NCBI GenBank assembly: GCA_043228905.1
Contig: JBHGNT010000016.1
Location: forward strand, 1,860,001-1,924,000
Reading direction: 5' to 3'
Source: Azolla caroliniana
Taxonomy: Eukaryota > Plantae > Polypodiophyta
DNA: 64,000 bases
Numbering within the stretch: position 1 is the stretch's first letter; every line of letters starts with the position of its first letter. Below, piece by piece: positions 1 to 11,787 of the stretch. The notes under the pieces are model-generated. The model saw only the letters and a program-made list of their open reading frames with translations. It was not told the origin of the DNA and ran no database searches. Made by a program: the position numbers and the translations under genes.

Positions 1-1156
1 AATATAATGCTTGTATAGTCTACAATTAAAACAGCATGACTAGCCTAAACACATGTAGCATCCAAAAGCCATTATGTACAAAACGTCAAACTGTGTTGAT
101 AAATTGCCTCTAGAAAAACAAGCAAGAGAACATAAAATTAAAAGTACAGTCTGTATAAGGCACAATGCGCATATATAGATGTAAATAACAATAATAATGA
201 CATTTTATTTGGACGTCTTCAAAATGTCAGACACTTGGGACATCAAAAAGAGTTAGAGAGCAAAACAATAGTAACAATCGATAACAATAGATTGATTAAA
301 ATGGGAGGTTAAGTTCCCCTGAGATAATAAATTTTGGGGTGAGAAAAGTCGAGAAACTAGCACAACTTTGAGGAATGGAAGGCCTACATAATGTACAATA
401 AAATAAGACATGGCAAGAAAACATGTGAGGATAACAAGGACCTGAGCAAGAGTCTCTCAGAAAATCCAGTATATATACGTTCCTCACAGAGAAGTCAATA
501 AAGGACAAACTGGCCTTTAAAAGTCAAGGCAAATGATAGTTGCCTATCAACAGGATTAAATGAAAGTAACAGCAGTAACTTCAACAAAACGTAAACATGG
601 AGCTTGAGGATCAAGTTCCTCTCCTGTAAAATATTTCCAATAGATCCAGTAAAAGGAAGAAAAAACAAAAGAAAATATTCTGAAACCCGAAGAAAAAAAA
701 CTCATAATTTCCTATCCTTTTCATGCATGGAAATGGAACTTGATCAAACAGCGACGAAGAGTGCATGATCAGATGTCTTTTAACTGAAAGAAGACACAAC
801 ACATAAATTTACGAAAAACGAAAACACCATGAATGATCATGCGAACGGATATTATCTGCATAGAAATAAATCAGCCTGCTCCAGAAATAGAACAATAACA
901 TACAGAAACAAACAAAGTCCTACCTTTCTGTGGGCATATAAACAAAAAGAAACAACCACTGATTTACCTTTCTGCCAACATATAAACACAGCAATTTTCA
1001 TATGGTTTTTCTTAGAAACAAATCAACAGGGTAAGAAACAGAAATAAACATCAAATAAACGCAGAGTTATCCTTTTTGTCAACAATCAAGAGAAAGTATT
1101 TCATACATTTTGCTAGAAATGTATCAACAACCAACAATAAAAACAAATACTCTTAC

Positions 1157-2408
1157 CTTTTTGTCAACAAAGAGCAATATTTCATATGGTTTGCCTTCTA
1201 TTTTCTGATACACGGGCCCAACCACAGTTTTCACAGTGCTCTCTACGCTGTGAACACCGGGCTTAAGGGGGCCTGAGCTATCCTTTGCAAATTCGTAAAC
1301 GTTAGCAAGGTACTTTGTCGCCTTATCAACAACTATTTCTGCCACACCAAGATATTTGAGCCCTGATTGCTGCTGCTCGGTCTTCAAAAACAAAAAGGGA
1401 AAGGAAAAAGCGATCAAAACTTCATCACGATCATAAGCATGGACGGAAAAGAAAGAATCTATGAAAAATTCACGATCATGAGAGATAATAAGAAAATCTA
1501 AGTGTCGTAATAAGATGAAGCTATGAATATCCTGAGTAGTCTTGGATGTTCGGTCTGCAAAGAGATAAAGAGGTCTAAACATCACAATAATAATAAGTAT
1601 GGGCGACAAAGAAGAAGTTATGAAAAGTTCAAATTCCTGAGAAATAATAAGTATATCTAAGTTTCGTAATAAGATTAAGCTATGAATATCCTGAGTAGTC
1701 TTAGATGTTTGGTTTGCAAAGATAATGCAGAATCCTAATACAACGAAGCAGAAAGCAATAACAGGATCTAAATCCTGACTATTAGGCGTGCAAAGATAAG
1801 ATCTAAGAATCATAAGATGAAAATGCTACAAAATACCTTGAGCTTTGACTGCTCATTGTGAGAATGAAAAAGGTCTCATTATAGTCATAATAAGAAGAAG
1901 ATACGAAATGTTTTGGGTCCGACAGCAAACAAATTATCTAAGCATCATAAGAAAAATTAGATGATATGACAATTCCAAAATGCCGTTCGGAACATTTAAT
2001 ATTATTTACAGAAATTAACTATTTTCTCCCCCATTCATCGCCCGGGGGATTAATGAGCATTTCGAACATGCCTTCTTCGTATCAAAAGGATCTAATTGAC
2101 AAAGATAACAAAGCTCTGTGAGAGGAAAGAAACGACAATACACTTCCAAAATACACGAAAGAGATAGAAAGTGCAAAGATTTGTATCCTCGACTGTCACG
2201 TATACAGTGTCCGGGAATGATAATAGGAATCGGCATCGAAGATGGCCACGGTTCAAAAAAGATTCTTAAGTGAACGTAGAAACAGATGCACAGAGAGAGA
2301 GAGAGAGAGAGAGAGATGAAAATCGACAGAGCAACAAAGAGTGGAGAAAGAAGGAGAGAATTTGAGCTTTCTGCTTACCTGTTGTTCTTCTGAGTCGTTA
2401 GAAGCCAT
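1157..2408 (-). CDS. REF/SRPP (rubber elongation factor / LDAP lipid-droplet-associated) family protein, 5' part only: exon 1 2408-2379, exon 2 1381-1157; later exon(s) not found in window
   Basis: Exon 1 MASNDSEEQQ is followed by a GTAAG donor. Exon 2 (AG acceptor, 75 codons) reads TEQQQSGLKYLGVAEIVVDKATKYLANVYEFAKDSSGPLKPGVHSVESTVKTVVGPVYQKIEGKPYEILLFVDKK then GTAAG, matching the REF signature LKYL..AKxxSGPLKPGV..VE.TVKTVVGPVY..P.E.L.FVD.K. Confidence 0.9.
1455..1725. repeat. Degenerate direct duplication inside REF intron 1
   Basis: gctatgaatatcctgagtagtctt(g/a)gatgtt occurs at about 1520 and 1679. The ORF track shows the doubled peptide TSKTTQDIHS(L/F)ILLR. Confidence 0.8.
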
Positions 2409-2619
2409 TAGGAGGTTGGGATGGGGAGAAAGCGAAAGCCGCAAAGATCGATGGATGAAGGCCTCTAAAATGTCTGCACAGGTTCGATGGATGCAAAAAC
2501 CCTAAGATGTACCTGCAAACAACAGTTCGAGAAGAAGAAGATGAAAAGGGAGCAAGAAGTGCAGAAGAGAATGTTTCTTTAGGAGTTTAGTCTATACATA
2601 CATAACCATTGATAGCGCC

Positions 2620-2805
2620 TGCACGTTGCGCACCCAAAAGGCGGAGGAGGCCCAGACCAGCGGCTGCCAGAGCATCCGAACCTGCCACGTTGGTGCGGAA
2701 GGCCATTTAACTTTGCGCGCCACGAGTTTGGTGCTTCCGAGCCTTAGGCTCGGTACATCCCGAGCCCACGAAACTATACGAGCCTCAAGAGCCTGACACG
2801 TGCCT
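2620..2805 (-). promoter_or_regulatory. GC-rich upstream region of the REF-like gene with G-box/ABRE-like motifs
   Basis: CACGTG at 2797-2802 (gacacgtgcc) and ACGT cores near 2623 and 2687 lie 200-400 bp upstream of the ATG. Function is inferred from motif only. Confidence 0.4.
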
Positions 2806-2858
2806 TCTTTACTTTTATTCCTTTTTTTTTTAACTTTTTGTATGGAGTATATAGGCTG

Positions 2859-3482
<624 letters not shown>

Positions 3483-3500
<18 letters not shown>

Positions 3501-3666
3501 TGATCGATGATTAGGGGTCACATGTGATGGACATTTATTTGTTCATGGCTTCTACCTCGTGCATACTTTGTTCTTTGTGTATTTATTTATTTATTGATCG
3601 ATGATTAGGGTTCACATGTGATGGACATTTATTTGTTCATGGCTTCTATCTCGTTCATACTTTGTT
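3483..3666. repeat. Two-copy tandem duplication, unit about 94 bp
   Basis: tgtatttatttatttattgatcgatgattagggg..cacatgtgatggacatttatttgttcatggcttcta..catactttgtt is present twice in tandem. Confidence 0.9.
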
Positions 3667-3867
3667 TTGGCTCACAAAAGATGGCTCGGAAGTGTCGAGA
3701 TTGTAACGCATTTTTGAATCATGAGATGATAGATAGTCACGAGAAGTGTTGGTCAAAAATGATGTGTTGTTTGAGGGTATTGTCATCTCTTTTCTTTCTT
3801 GAAGCTACATGCTCGTGTTAATGTTCGTTGAATCCAGTCCTCTCCTATGATTTCCCCATTTTTAAAA

Positions 3868-4180
3868 GGGAAAAGTACCAGGATACCCTTGGAAGTTCGT
3901 CTATTTACCAGAATGCCCCTGGAAGTTCCAAATTTACCAAACTACCCCTATGTCCAAAAAATTACACTTTATAAAGTAATTATACACTCAAATCTTTGGT
4001 AAGTAGGGCTAGTTCGGGTCCATTTCTTCCATCTTTGGTAAATAGGGCTTGTAAATTTGAGTGTACAATTACTTTATAAAGTGTAATTTTTTGGACATAG
4101 GGGTAGTTTGGTAAATTTGGAACTTCCAAGGGCATTCTCGTAAATAGACGAACTTCCAAGGGTATCGTGGTACTTTTCCC
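3868..4180. mobile_element. Mutator-like MITE / foldback element, 313 bp
   Basis: Near-perfect 126-bp terminal inverted repeats (3868-3993 and 4055-4180; GGGAAAAGTACC...GGTACTTTTCCC). A 9-bp TSD tttttaaaa / tttgtaaaa lies at 3859-3867 and 4181-4189. Confidence 0.9.
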
Positions 4181-5499
4181 TTTGTAAAATGCGTTTTTCC
4201 GTATGTATACTTTTCTTCTTTTTTCTTTTTCTTTTTCTTAAAGAAAGATGCACCTTAGTATATTACTAGAAAACTCTACATAGAAAAAACAGAAGGAGAC
4301 ATTTCCGTATGTATACTTTATGTTAACATAGGTTAAATCACTTTCAATCGGACTTGGTAGTTGTGAAAAGGGAGGAGGGGGCACACAATATTTTGCGCTT
4401 TTGTTCACACATGTTGAGTGGGTGATCTTTCCATGGGAGTTGAAAATGAGGTCATGCTCATTGGTAATCTTCTCTTCTTCTCCCATTATTCATGTGTAGA
4501 TTGGTAGGTAAATCTCGGTATCTGATGGAACGGAAACATTGTATTCTTATAGATTGCACCATTCATGTGCATATTGAGTAATTGTTAATGTTTATTGTAT
4601 GGGAACTAAGATACATTAGTACATGCTAAGGTAGATGAATTAAGGAGTTATGATATTCATTTGCAGGGTGACCTCTAATAGATAATTAACTATAAAGTTG
4701 TCCTCATTGAACTTTATCCTCGTCTTCTATTTCCTCGTTCTTCACATGCTAACTTAGGTAAATTAAGGAGTTGTGTTATTCATTTGTAGGGTGACTTTTG
4801 TGAGAGAATTAACTATAAAGTTGGTTCATATTGGATTTTGCCCTCTTCTCATATTTCCATTTTTTTTATCAAAATATTGCCATGTGGATAGTATGTATTC
4901 ATCAACACCATCCATGATTCTTGTAATTTCAATGTGTGGTGCAACAAGGTATAGTGTGTGCAAAAGAAAGGATCACACAAATAATCCAAACCAAACAATC
5001 TCTTGTGTTTTATTGTGACAAGATTGCTAAACATCCAATTCAAAAAAGCTATTATTGTAAGATATTTATCTTATGGTCTATGAACCAAGGATGGGGTTGT
5101 CAACCTGCTTTTTTATGTTCAATCATATATTATAGAATGCAAATTTACATTTAATGTTTATTTGTGTGAGGTAACAACTTGACAAAATTTATTTCTATCA
5201 TGCATCACACTGATCACTATTTGTGTATGATATATTGCCCATACAAATAGAATTAAGTCAAGTGACTAAGTCGTTGAGAATGCACTTATTATTAGTAAAC
5301 ATCATTATAGCAAGCAAGAACTAGGCTAAGTATAATATGTGACGCCCAAACATTTTGTGGTTATAGGTTTGTGACCAAAGAAACATTATGTGCAAGCATC
5401 ATGCATTGAACCCAACCTTTTAGTTTTAGATTTGTTAGATGGATTGATATAAGTGTTTGCTAAAAATATGAGCATTAGGTCTATAACATTAGTGAAGAA

Positions 5500-6760
5500 G
5501 CTGTTTTTCTGTTTTTTATTATGATGAGTGAGTATGGTGTGGGAACAGAAGCATATTTTCATGACTAAGATTTCGCTGATAATTAGCAACATGGAGAGAT
5601 GGTTGATGTCAATTGAATGACGCAGGTTTTATTTTTCATTACGATGATTGATGATGGCAGTGGGGATTGAAGCATGTTTCCATGAAGAGAGGATAAGTGA
5701 AGATGGTGCAACGGCCGAAGCATATCATGAGGAGATGTGGAAATTGTTTACGCTTAATTTGTTGTTGTTTTTTACAAGCCTTTGATGGTAATCGATGAGA
5801 TGTTTGATGCGAACTTAATCAAGCAGTTTTTTCTTTTGACATAAGAATGAGTGGGAAGCATATTTTTCTTGAGGAGTCGCTACTTGAGGTAGTTGATTGT
5901 TTGTTCTTCATTACGATGAGTGATGGGGGTGTGGGAATTGAAGCATATTTTCATGAGATGAGTGTTGATGGGTGGGAGTTGAAACAGATGATGAGATTAC
6001 TATAATATCATTTTGTTCTCATAGGTACATCGTTTGGGAGATTTATATATATATATATATTATGTTGTTCAATAGGACAAATACTGATGACGGTAGAGAT
6101 TGAAGCATATTGCTATGATGAGAGGAGGAATGATGATGGTGTGGGGGCCGAAGCAGGTCATGCGGAGAGGGGGAAATATTCTAGACTCATTTTGTTTGTT
6201 ATTTGTATAGGAATTGGGTGGTAATCGGCGAGATGACTGATGTGGACTGAATGAATAAATTTTTTCTGTGATAAGGATGAGTGAAGATGGTGGGGGGGTT
6301 GAAACCGACTATCATGAGTGGGTGAGGAAACTTTTAGACTAATTCTTTGTTGTTAATACAAGATTTTCGTGGACATTGGCAAGATGCTAATCGGCGAGAT
6401 GGATGATGTGGACGAAAGGAAGAATTTTCTTTTGTGATAAGGATGAGTGAAGATGGTGGGGGGGGGGGGGTCGAAGCCGACTATCATGAGTGGGTGAGGA
6501 AACTTTTAGACTAATTTTTTGTTGTTAATATAGGATTTTCGTGGACATTGGCAATATGCCAAGATGGTCAGCTTATCAAGATATTGAATGAAGAAGATTT
6601 TAGGTTTTCTCATTATGATGGGTGTTCATGGTGTGGCAATAGGGATTGAAGCATAATAGTATGATGAGAGGATGAGTGATGACGGTGTGGGAGCCGAAGC
6701 AGATCGTGAGGGAGGAGGAAATAGTCTAGATTTAGTTCGTTTTTAGCTGTACAGGAACTT
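5500..6760. repeat. Degenerate tandem array of GA/GT-rich units, including a better-conserved duplication of about 170-180 bp
   Basis: Recurring gatgagtga..gatggtgtggg..gaagcatat motif. tgtgataaggatgagtgaagatggtgggggg..gactatcatgagtgggtgaggaaacttttagactaatt..gattttcgtggacattggcaa occurs at about 6267 and 6433. Confidence 0.75.
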
Positions 6761-7066
6761 CGTTGCTGAACTTCATTGGGAAACAACAATCTAGGTTGGC
6801 TATTCAACCAACGCTATGAGAGCAGGATCTTATATTCGAATCAAAGACCTATGAATTAATTATTTTCCTTTTTGAAATGTTACAAAGAGTCTGACAAATC
6901 CAATGTAAGGCTCTAGTGGGGAAATTTATTATAAGAGGTTTGTTGCCTGGTGGGGAGCCTTGGAAAAAACCTTAAGGCTGAGAATGGTTAAAGTTGTGCC
7001 TTCTACCGGTGGCAATTGGAAAGATAGTATTAGATGGTGGTTTTTAAGAGATTTTAACCAGTCCAT

Positions 7067-7674
7067 TGTTGGGAATCAACGCTTCGATTCACCTTCTTCC
7101 CTCGGCCACAACCGAGTAATCACGGATCAATGCAGCAGAAAATAGGAAATACAGAGAAAGACACGATACACAGGGATTAACGTGGAAAACCCTATACGGG
7201 AAAAACCACGGGAGTGCGAGACTCCAAACCAAACTATGCACAGAGAAATATACAATGGCGAGCTGCAAGGCAACGACCTAGAGCTCGCTGTCCTCGCCAC
7301 AGGCGGCGGAAATACACAGAGGCGTCTACCTCTTCCTCTCTCGCGCTCTATCTCTCTCTCTCTCTCACGGCTGCTCCCTCTTCACTCCTCTTGAGTGGAA
7401 AAACAGAAAAAAATGGGTAGCAACAGTAAAACTGTTTGCCCTAAGTCATATTTATACATATATGACTTTGGGGCTATTTACAACTATAGCCTCAGGGGCC
7501 CATAGCAGACATATTCACGGATATGTCCCTGTATTCGGATCGCTCTCCGGGTACATTCGTCATCCGGCACCGAAGCCGGGGTCTTCGTCATCCGGATCCG
7601 AAACCGAAACCGGGCTTGTCGGCATTCATCTCCGACATCCGACCATCCCATCCGAAGGGACCGTGATCCCAACA
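7067..7674 (-). repeat. 3' LTR of the copia element
   Basis: Identical by eye to 11788-12395; the same small ORFs are translated from both copies. Confidence 0.97.
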
Positions 7675-7684
7675 AACTCCCCCT

Positions 7685-9559
7685 TCACTTCGGCATGGGA
7701 TGTCTCTCCAATCCGATTCTCTTCCGGCATGCTTCCAGCTTGTCGGGTGTGAGGACCTTGGTCAGCATATCCGACCCGTTCTCGTCCGTGTGGATCTTAG
7801 TCAGCACGAACTCCTTGTCTTCTATCCTTTCCCGGATCCAGTGATATCTTCGCTGGATGTGCTTCGTCCGGGAGTGATAGGCCGCGTTCTTTGCAAGGTG
7901 GATTGCACTCTGACTGTCGCAGTAGAGTCGGTACTCCTCCTGCCGGATACCGAGCTCTCTAATGAAGTCCTTCATCCATATTATTTCCTTGCCGGCTTCA
8001 ACAGCCGCCATGTACTCCGCCTCCGTGGTTGACAGCGCAACCGTCTTCTGCAGCCTCGACTGCCATGAAACAGCTCCCCCTGCATACGTCATCACATACC
8101 CTGATGTGGACCGGCTGGTATCTGCATCAGCCGACATATCCGAATCGGTAAAGCCGTCGAGTTCGGGCTTTCCGGAGCCGAATCGGAGGCACACGTTTGC
8201 CGTGCCCTTCAGGTATCGGAGTATCCACTTGACCGCGTTCCAATGCTCTTTGCCGGGATTGCTCATGTACCGGCTCACCACTCCGACTGCATATCCGATG
8301 TCCGGTCTCGTACACACCATGGCGTACATTAAGCTCCCGACGGCTGAGGCATACGGCACTTTCATCATATCCTCCTTTTCAGCCTTTGTCTTGGGACTTT
8401 GCTTGCTGGACAGCTTGCAGTTTGCCGGGAGGGTCGATCCGACCGGTCTTGCTTCCGACATGTTGAACCGGTGAAGCACCTTCGTCACGTACTTCTCCTG
8501 TGACAGCCACAACTGCTTCTTTTTCCGGTCCCGGATGATGTGCATCCCTAGTATTTGCCTCGCCGAACCCAGGTCCTTCATTGAGAAGGTTCGGTGAAGA
8601 GCCTTCTTCAGCATCCGTATCTTGACCTGGTCCCGTCCGACGATCAACATGTCGTCCACGTACAGGAGGAGTATTAGAAAGTCTCCTCCTTCGAACTTCT
8701 TCACAAACACGCAGTGGTCGGACTGCGTTTTGAGGTACCCTTCGTCGGTCATGAAGGAGTCGAACTTCCGGTACCATTGCCGGGGAGCCTGCTTCAGTCC
8801 GTAAAGGCTCTTCTTCAACAGGCATACCAGGTGCTCCTTCCCTTTCTTCTCGAATCCTTCCGGTTGCTGCATGTAGATCTCTTCATCGAGGTCACCGTGA
8901 AGGAATGCCGTCTTCACGTCCATCTGTTCTACCTCGAGGTCCATGCTTGCCGTTATGCTCAGCACCGTCCGGATGGAGGTCATCTTCACTACCGGGGCAA
9001 ATATCTCGTCGAAGTCGACGCCCTTCTTTTGCTGAAACCCCTTCACCACGATCCTGGCTTTGTATCTCGGGGGATTTCCGGCATCTCCCGGTTTCAGCTT
9101 GAACACCCACTTGTTTCGAAGTGCCCGCTTTCCTTTCGGCAACTCCACAAGTTCATATGTGTGGTTCTCATGCAGGGAATCCATCTCGTCCTGCATGGCA
9201 CTCAACCACCTGCGGCTCTGGGTGTCATGCTTTGCTTCTTCAAAGCTCTCCGGCTCCCCTTCGTCGGTTAGCAGCACGTGCTCTGGTTCCGGAAATCTCC
9301 GGGGGGCCCTTCTCTCCCTTAGAGGATATCTCCGTTCCGGAGCTTCGGTAACCGGTTCTTCCGATTCTTCTTCATCCGAATCCATTTCGGGATCGGGGCC
9401 GGTTCCGGTATCGTTTTCATCTTCTTCGGCCGGTTCTGTTTCTTCACCGTCTTCGGCCGGATCCTCGAGTGCTAACCGGTCCCTTGCCGGTCGGGACTGC
9501 TCCTCGTAGAGTTGATCCTCACCGATCGACTTGGAGCTCTTTACCTTCTTCTCCGACTC
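7685..9559 (-). CDS. Copia polyprotein C-terminal part: reverse transcriptase and RNase H, in frame with the upstream part beyond the TAG
   Basis: YKARIVVKGF, QMDVKTAFLHG, LYGLKQAPRQW, LLYVDDML, TDSD, STTEAEY and RTKHI motifs. 58 open codons link the TAG to the ATG at 9385. Confidence 0.93.
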   Translation of the reverse strand, partial: ESEKKVKSSKSIGEDQLYEEQSRPARDRLALEDPAEDGEETEPAEEDENDTGTGPDPEMDSDEEESEEPVTEAPERRYPLRERRAPRRFPEPEHVLLTDEGEPESFEEAKHDTQSRRWLSAMQDEMDSLHENHTYELVELPKGKRALRNKWVFKLKPGDAGNPPRYKARIVVKGFQQKKGVDFDEIFAPVVKMTSIRTVLSITASMDLEVEQMDVKTAFLHGDLDEEIYMQQPEGFEKKGKEHLVCLLKKSLYGLKQAPRQWYRKFDSFMTDEGYLKTQSDHCVFVKKFEGGDFLILLLYVDDMLIVGRDQVKIRMLKKALHRTFSMKDLGSARQILGMHIIRDRKKKQLWLSQEKYVTKVLHRFNMSEARPVGSTLPANCKLSSKQSPKTKAEKEDMMKVPYASAVGSLMYAMVCTRPDIGYAVGVVSRYMSNPGKEHWNAVKWILRYLKGTANVCLRFGSGKPELDGFTDSDMSADADTSRSTSGYVMTYAGGAVSWQSRLQKTVALSTTEAEYMAAVEAGKEIIWMKDFIRELGIRQEEYRLYCDSQSAIHLAKNAAYHSRTKHIQRRYHWIRERIEDKEFVLTKIHTDENGSDMLTKVLTPDKLEACRKRIGLERHPMPK

Positions 9560-11758
9560 CTAGTCGGCGAGTGTCTTGTCCTCCATGAAGATGATGTCTC
9601 GACTCCTGAATATCTTCTTGTCGACCGGGTCCCATACTCGGTAGCCGAACTCGTCGTCGCCGTAACCGAGGAATATGCATGGCCGGGTCTTCGGATCTAG
9701 CTTTCCTCTCCGGTCCTTTGCCACATGCACGTATGCGAGACACCCGAACACCTTCAGATGCCGGTAGGACACTTCCTTACCGGTCCACACTTTCTGCGGC
9801 GTGTCTCCATCCAAAGGCACTGAGGGTGATCTGTTTATCACGTATGTCGCCGTCGACATTGCCTCAGCCCAAAACCCCTTGGGTAATTTCGCATGCGCCA
9901 GCATACTCCGGACCCTCTCCATTATGGTCCGGTTCATCCTCTCGGCCAGCCCGTTCAGTTCCGGCGTCTTCGGCACAGTAAACTCGAGCCGGATTCCCTT
10001 CGAGCGACAGTACTCCTGGAACTGCCCCCGGTATTCCCCTCCGTTATCCGCTCGTATCGCTTTCAGCTTCTTGCCGGATTCCCTTTCCACTCTCGCGTGG
10101 AGTTCTTTGAAGACGCACAACACTTGGTCCTTTGTCTTCAACGGTGCCGTCCACAGTCTTCGGCTGTGATCATCTATGAAAGTTACGAAGTACTGCGCTC
10201 CGCCATGTGACTTCGTTTCTACCTGACACACGTCGGTGTGCACCAACTCCAATGGTGCGCTACGTCTCGTCGGTGGCCTTGAGTGGAAGGAGGTTCGGTT
10301 CTGTTTACCGGCCAGGCAATCGGTGCACTTCTCCAGGTGCACATGCTTCACTGGAATAAGGTTGTCTTCTGCAAGCCTCTTCATCCCCTTCTCACTCATG
10401 TGGCACAGTCTCTTGTGCCACAGCTCACCGGCAGTGTCGGCTGCCACATTCAGTTCTTCCGGACATAACCGGGCATTCATCAGGTACAGTGTGTTGACTT
10501 TCCGGGCCCGAGCCACTATCAGGCTCCCCTTGCTGAACTTCATTACGCCGTTCCGGATGCTACCTGTGTAGCCTTCATCGTCTAGCCTCCCGGCCGAAAT
10601 CAGGTTCAATCGAACCTCCGGAACGTGTCGGACATCCTTCAGCAGCATTTTGCATCCGGTCGGGGTTGTCAACCACACGTCTCCGATGCCGGCAATCCGG
10701 CACGTACCTTCATTTCCCATCCGAACACAGCCATGCTCACCGGCTGTGTAGGATGAGAAGTATCTTCTCTCCGGGGTCAGGTGGAACGATGCTCCGGAAT
10801 CGACCACCCAGGTCGTCTCATCGCCGGCAATGTTTAGTTCACCTTCTTCGGTGATGAGCATGATCTCCTCTTCACTTGCCGCGAGTGCCGTCGTTCCTTT
10901 CCGGTCCTGTCCTCGCCGATCCGAACCATTCCGGTCCGTGGCTCCCCGGTATGCACCGTTTCTCTCCGGTGACTTCTTCGAATCGGTGTTGTCGGTTCCA
11001 TTGTCTTTTCGGTAATGCCGACAATTCTTTCGGAAGTGCCCCGGCTTCCCACAGTGGAAGCATGTGGGCCTTCCTCTTGACTGCGACCGGGTCCCCGACT
11101 TCTCCCGTCTTTGCGGACTCCGGTTCCATTGTCTTCCCCGATCCGATTCGGTAAACAGCATCTTCGGGTCGGAGGCCGGTTCCTTATCTCTCCGACGCGC
11201 TTCTTCATTCAGAATACTTGTCTTTACCGTTTGTAAGGACAAGTTATCTTCGGTGCACGAGGTGCTGAGAGTCACCACCAAGTTCTCCCAGCTTTCCGGC
11301 AATGTACACATCAGGATGATGGCTTGCACTGCATCCTCCAACGGGAACTTGATCGCCGCAAGCTGATTCACGAATCCCATGAACGTGCTTACGTGTTCAA
11401 CCATACTCTCGCCGTCCCGGTACTTGAGATTCACTATCTTCCTCATCAGGGAGGTCCGGTTCAACGCATTCTTCCTCTCATAGAGGCCCGACAGCTTCTT
11501 CCACATCTCATATGCGTTGGTGTCGTTCGCCACATGTTGTAGGACGCTTACATCGACATATTGTCGGATCGTCGCTACGGCTTTCCGGTTCAGGAGCTTC
11601 CACTCCGACTCAAGTACCCCTTTCGGTATTTCCGACCTGTCAATCGGTTCGTACAGGTCCCGAACAATCAGAAGATCCTCCATCTTGATCTTCCAGTCGG
11701 CGTAATTCTGCGCATTCAGCACCATCATCATCGGCTGCCCGCTGCCGCCGCCTTCCAT
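9560..11758 (-). CDS. Copia polyprotein N-terminal part: Gag, zinc knuckle, protease, integrase; ends at a premature TAG
   Basis: CFHCGKPGHFRKNC knuckle, WVVDSGASFH protease, LWHKRLCH..CTDC integrase zinc finger, D,D35E core (HTDV..RADNGGEY..NGLAERMNRT) and GKLDP motif. Likely ATG at 11758, just after the PBS. Confidence 0.93.
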   Translation of the reverse strand: MEGGGSGQPMMMVLNAQNYADWKIKMEDLLIVRDLYEPIDRSEIPKGVLESEWKLLNRKAVATIRQYVDVSVLQHVANDTNAYEMWKKLSGLYERKNALNRTSLMRKIVNLKYRDGESMVEHVSTFMGFVNQLAAIKFPLEDAVQAIILMCTLPESWENLVVTLSTSCTEDNLSLQTVKTSILNEEARRRDKEPASDPKMLFTESDRGRQWNRSPQRREKSGTRSQSRGRPTCFHCGKPGHFRKNCRHYRKDNGTDNTDSKKSPERNGAYRGATDRNGSDRRGQDRKGTTALAASEEEIMLITEEGELNIAGDETTWVVDSGASFHLTPERRYFSSYTAGEHGCVRMGNEGTCRIAGIGDVWLTTPTGCKMLLKDVRHVPEVRLNLISAGRLDDEGYTGSIRNGVMKFSKGSLIVARARKVNTLYLMNARLCPEELNVAADTAGELWHKRLCHMSEKGMKRLAEDNLIPVKHVHLEKCTDCLAGKQNRTSFHSRPPTRRSAPLELVHTDVCQVETKSHGGAQYFVTFIDDHSRRLWTAPLKTKDQVLCVFKELHARVERESGKKLKAIRADNGGEYRGQFQEYCRSKGIRLEFTVPKTPELNGLAERMNRTIMERVRSMLAHAKLPKGFWAEAMSTATYVINRSPSVPLDGDTPQKVWTGKEVSYRHLKVFGCLAYVHVAKDRRGKLDPKTRPCIFLGYGDDEFGYRVWDPVDKKIFRSRDIIFMEDKTLAD

Positions 11759-11787
11759 TTTCTGCAACAGTCGCTCTGATACCAGTT

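Noticed and set aside
1382-1813. Hydrophobic N-terminal extension of the 229-aa REF ORF
   Set aside because: Intron sequence upstream of the AG acceptor at 1383-1382, including an intronic duplication; the real start is in exon 1.
7700-11779. Many antisense and alternative-frame ORFs in the copia element
   Set aside because: Expected shadows of a GC-rich coding region; no recognisable domains.
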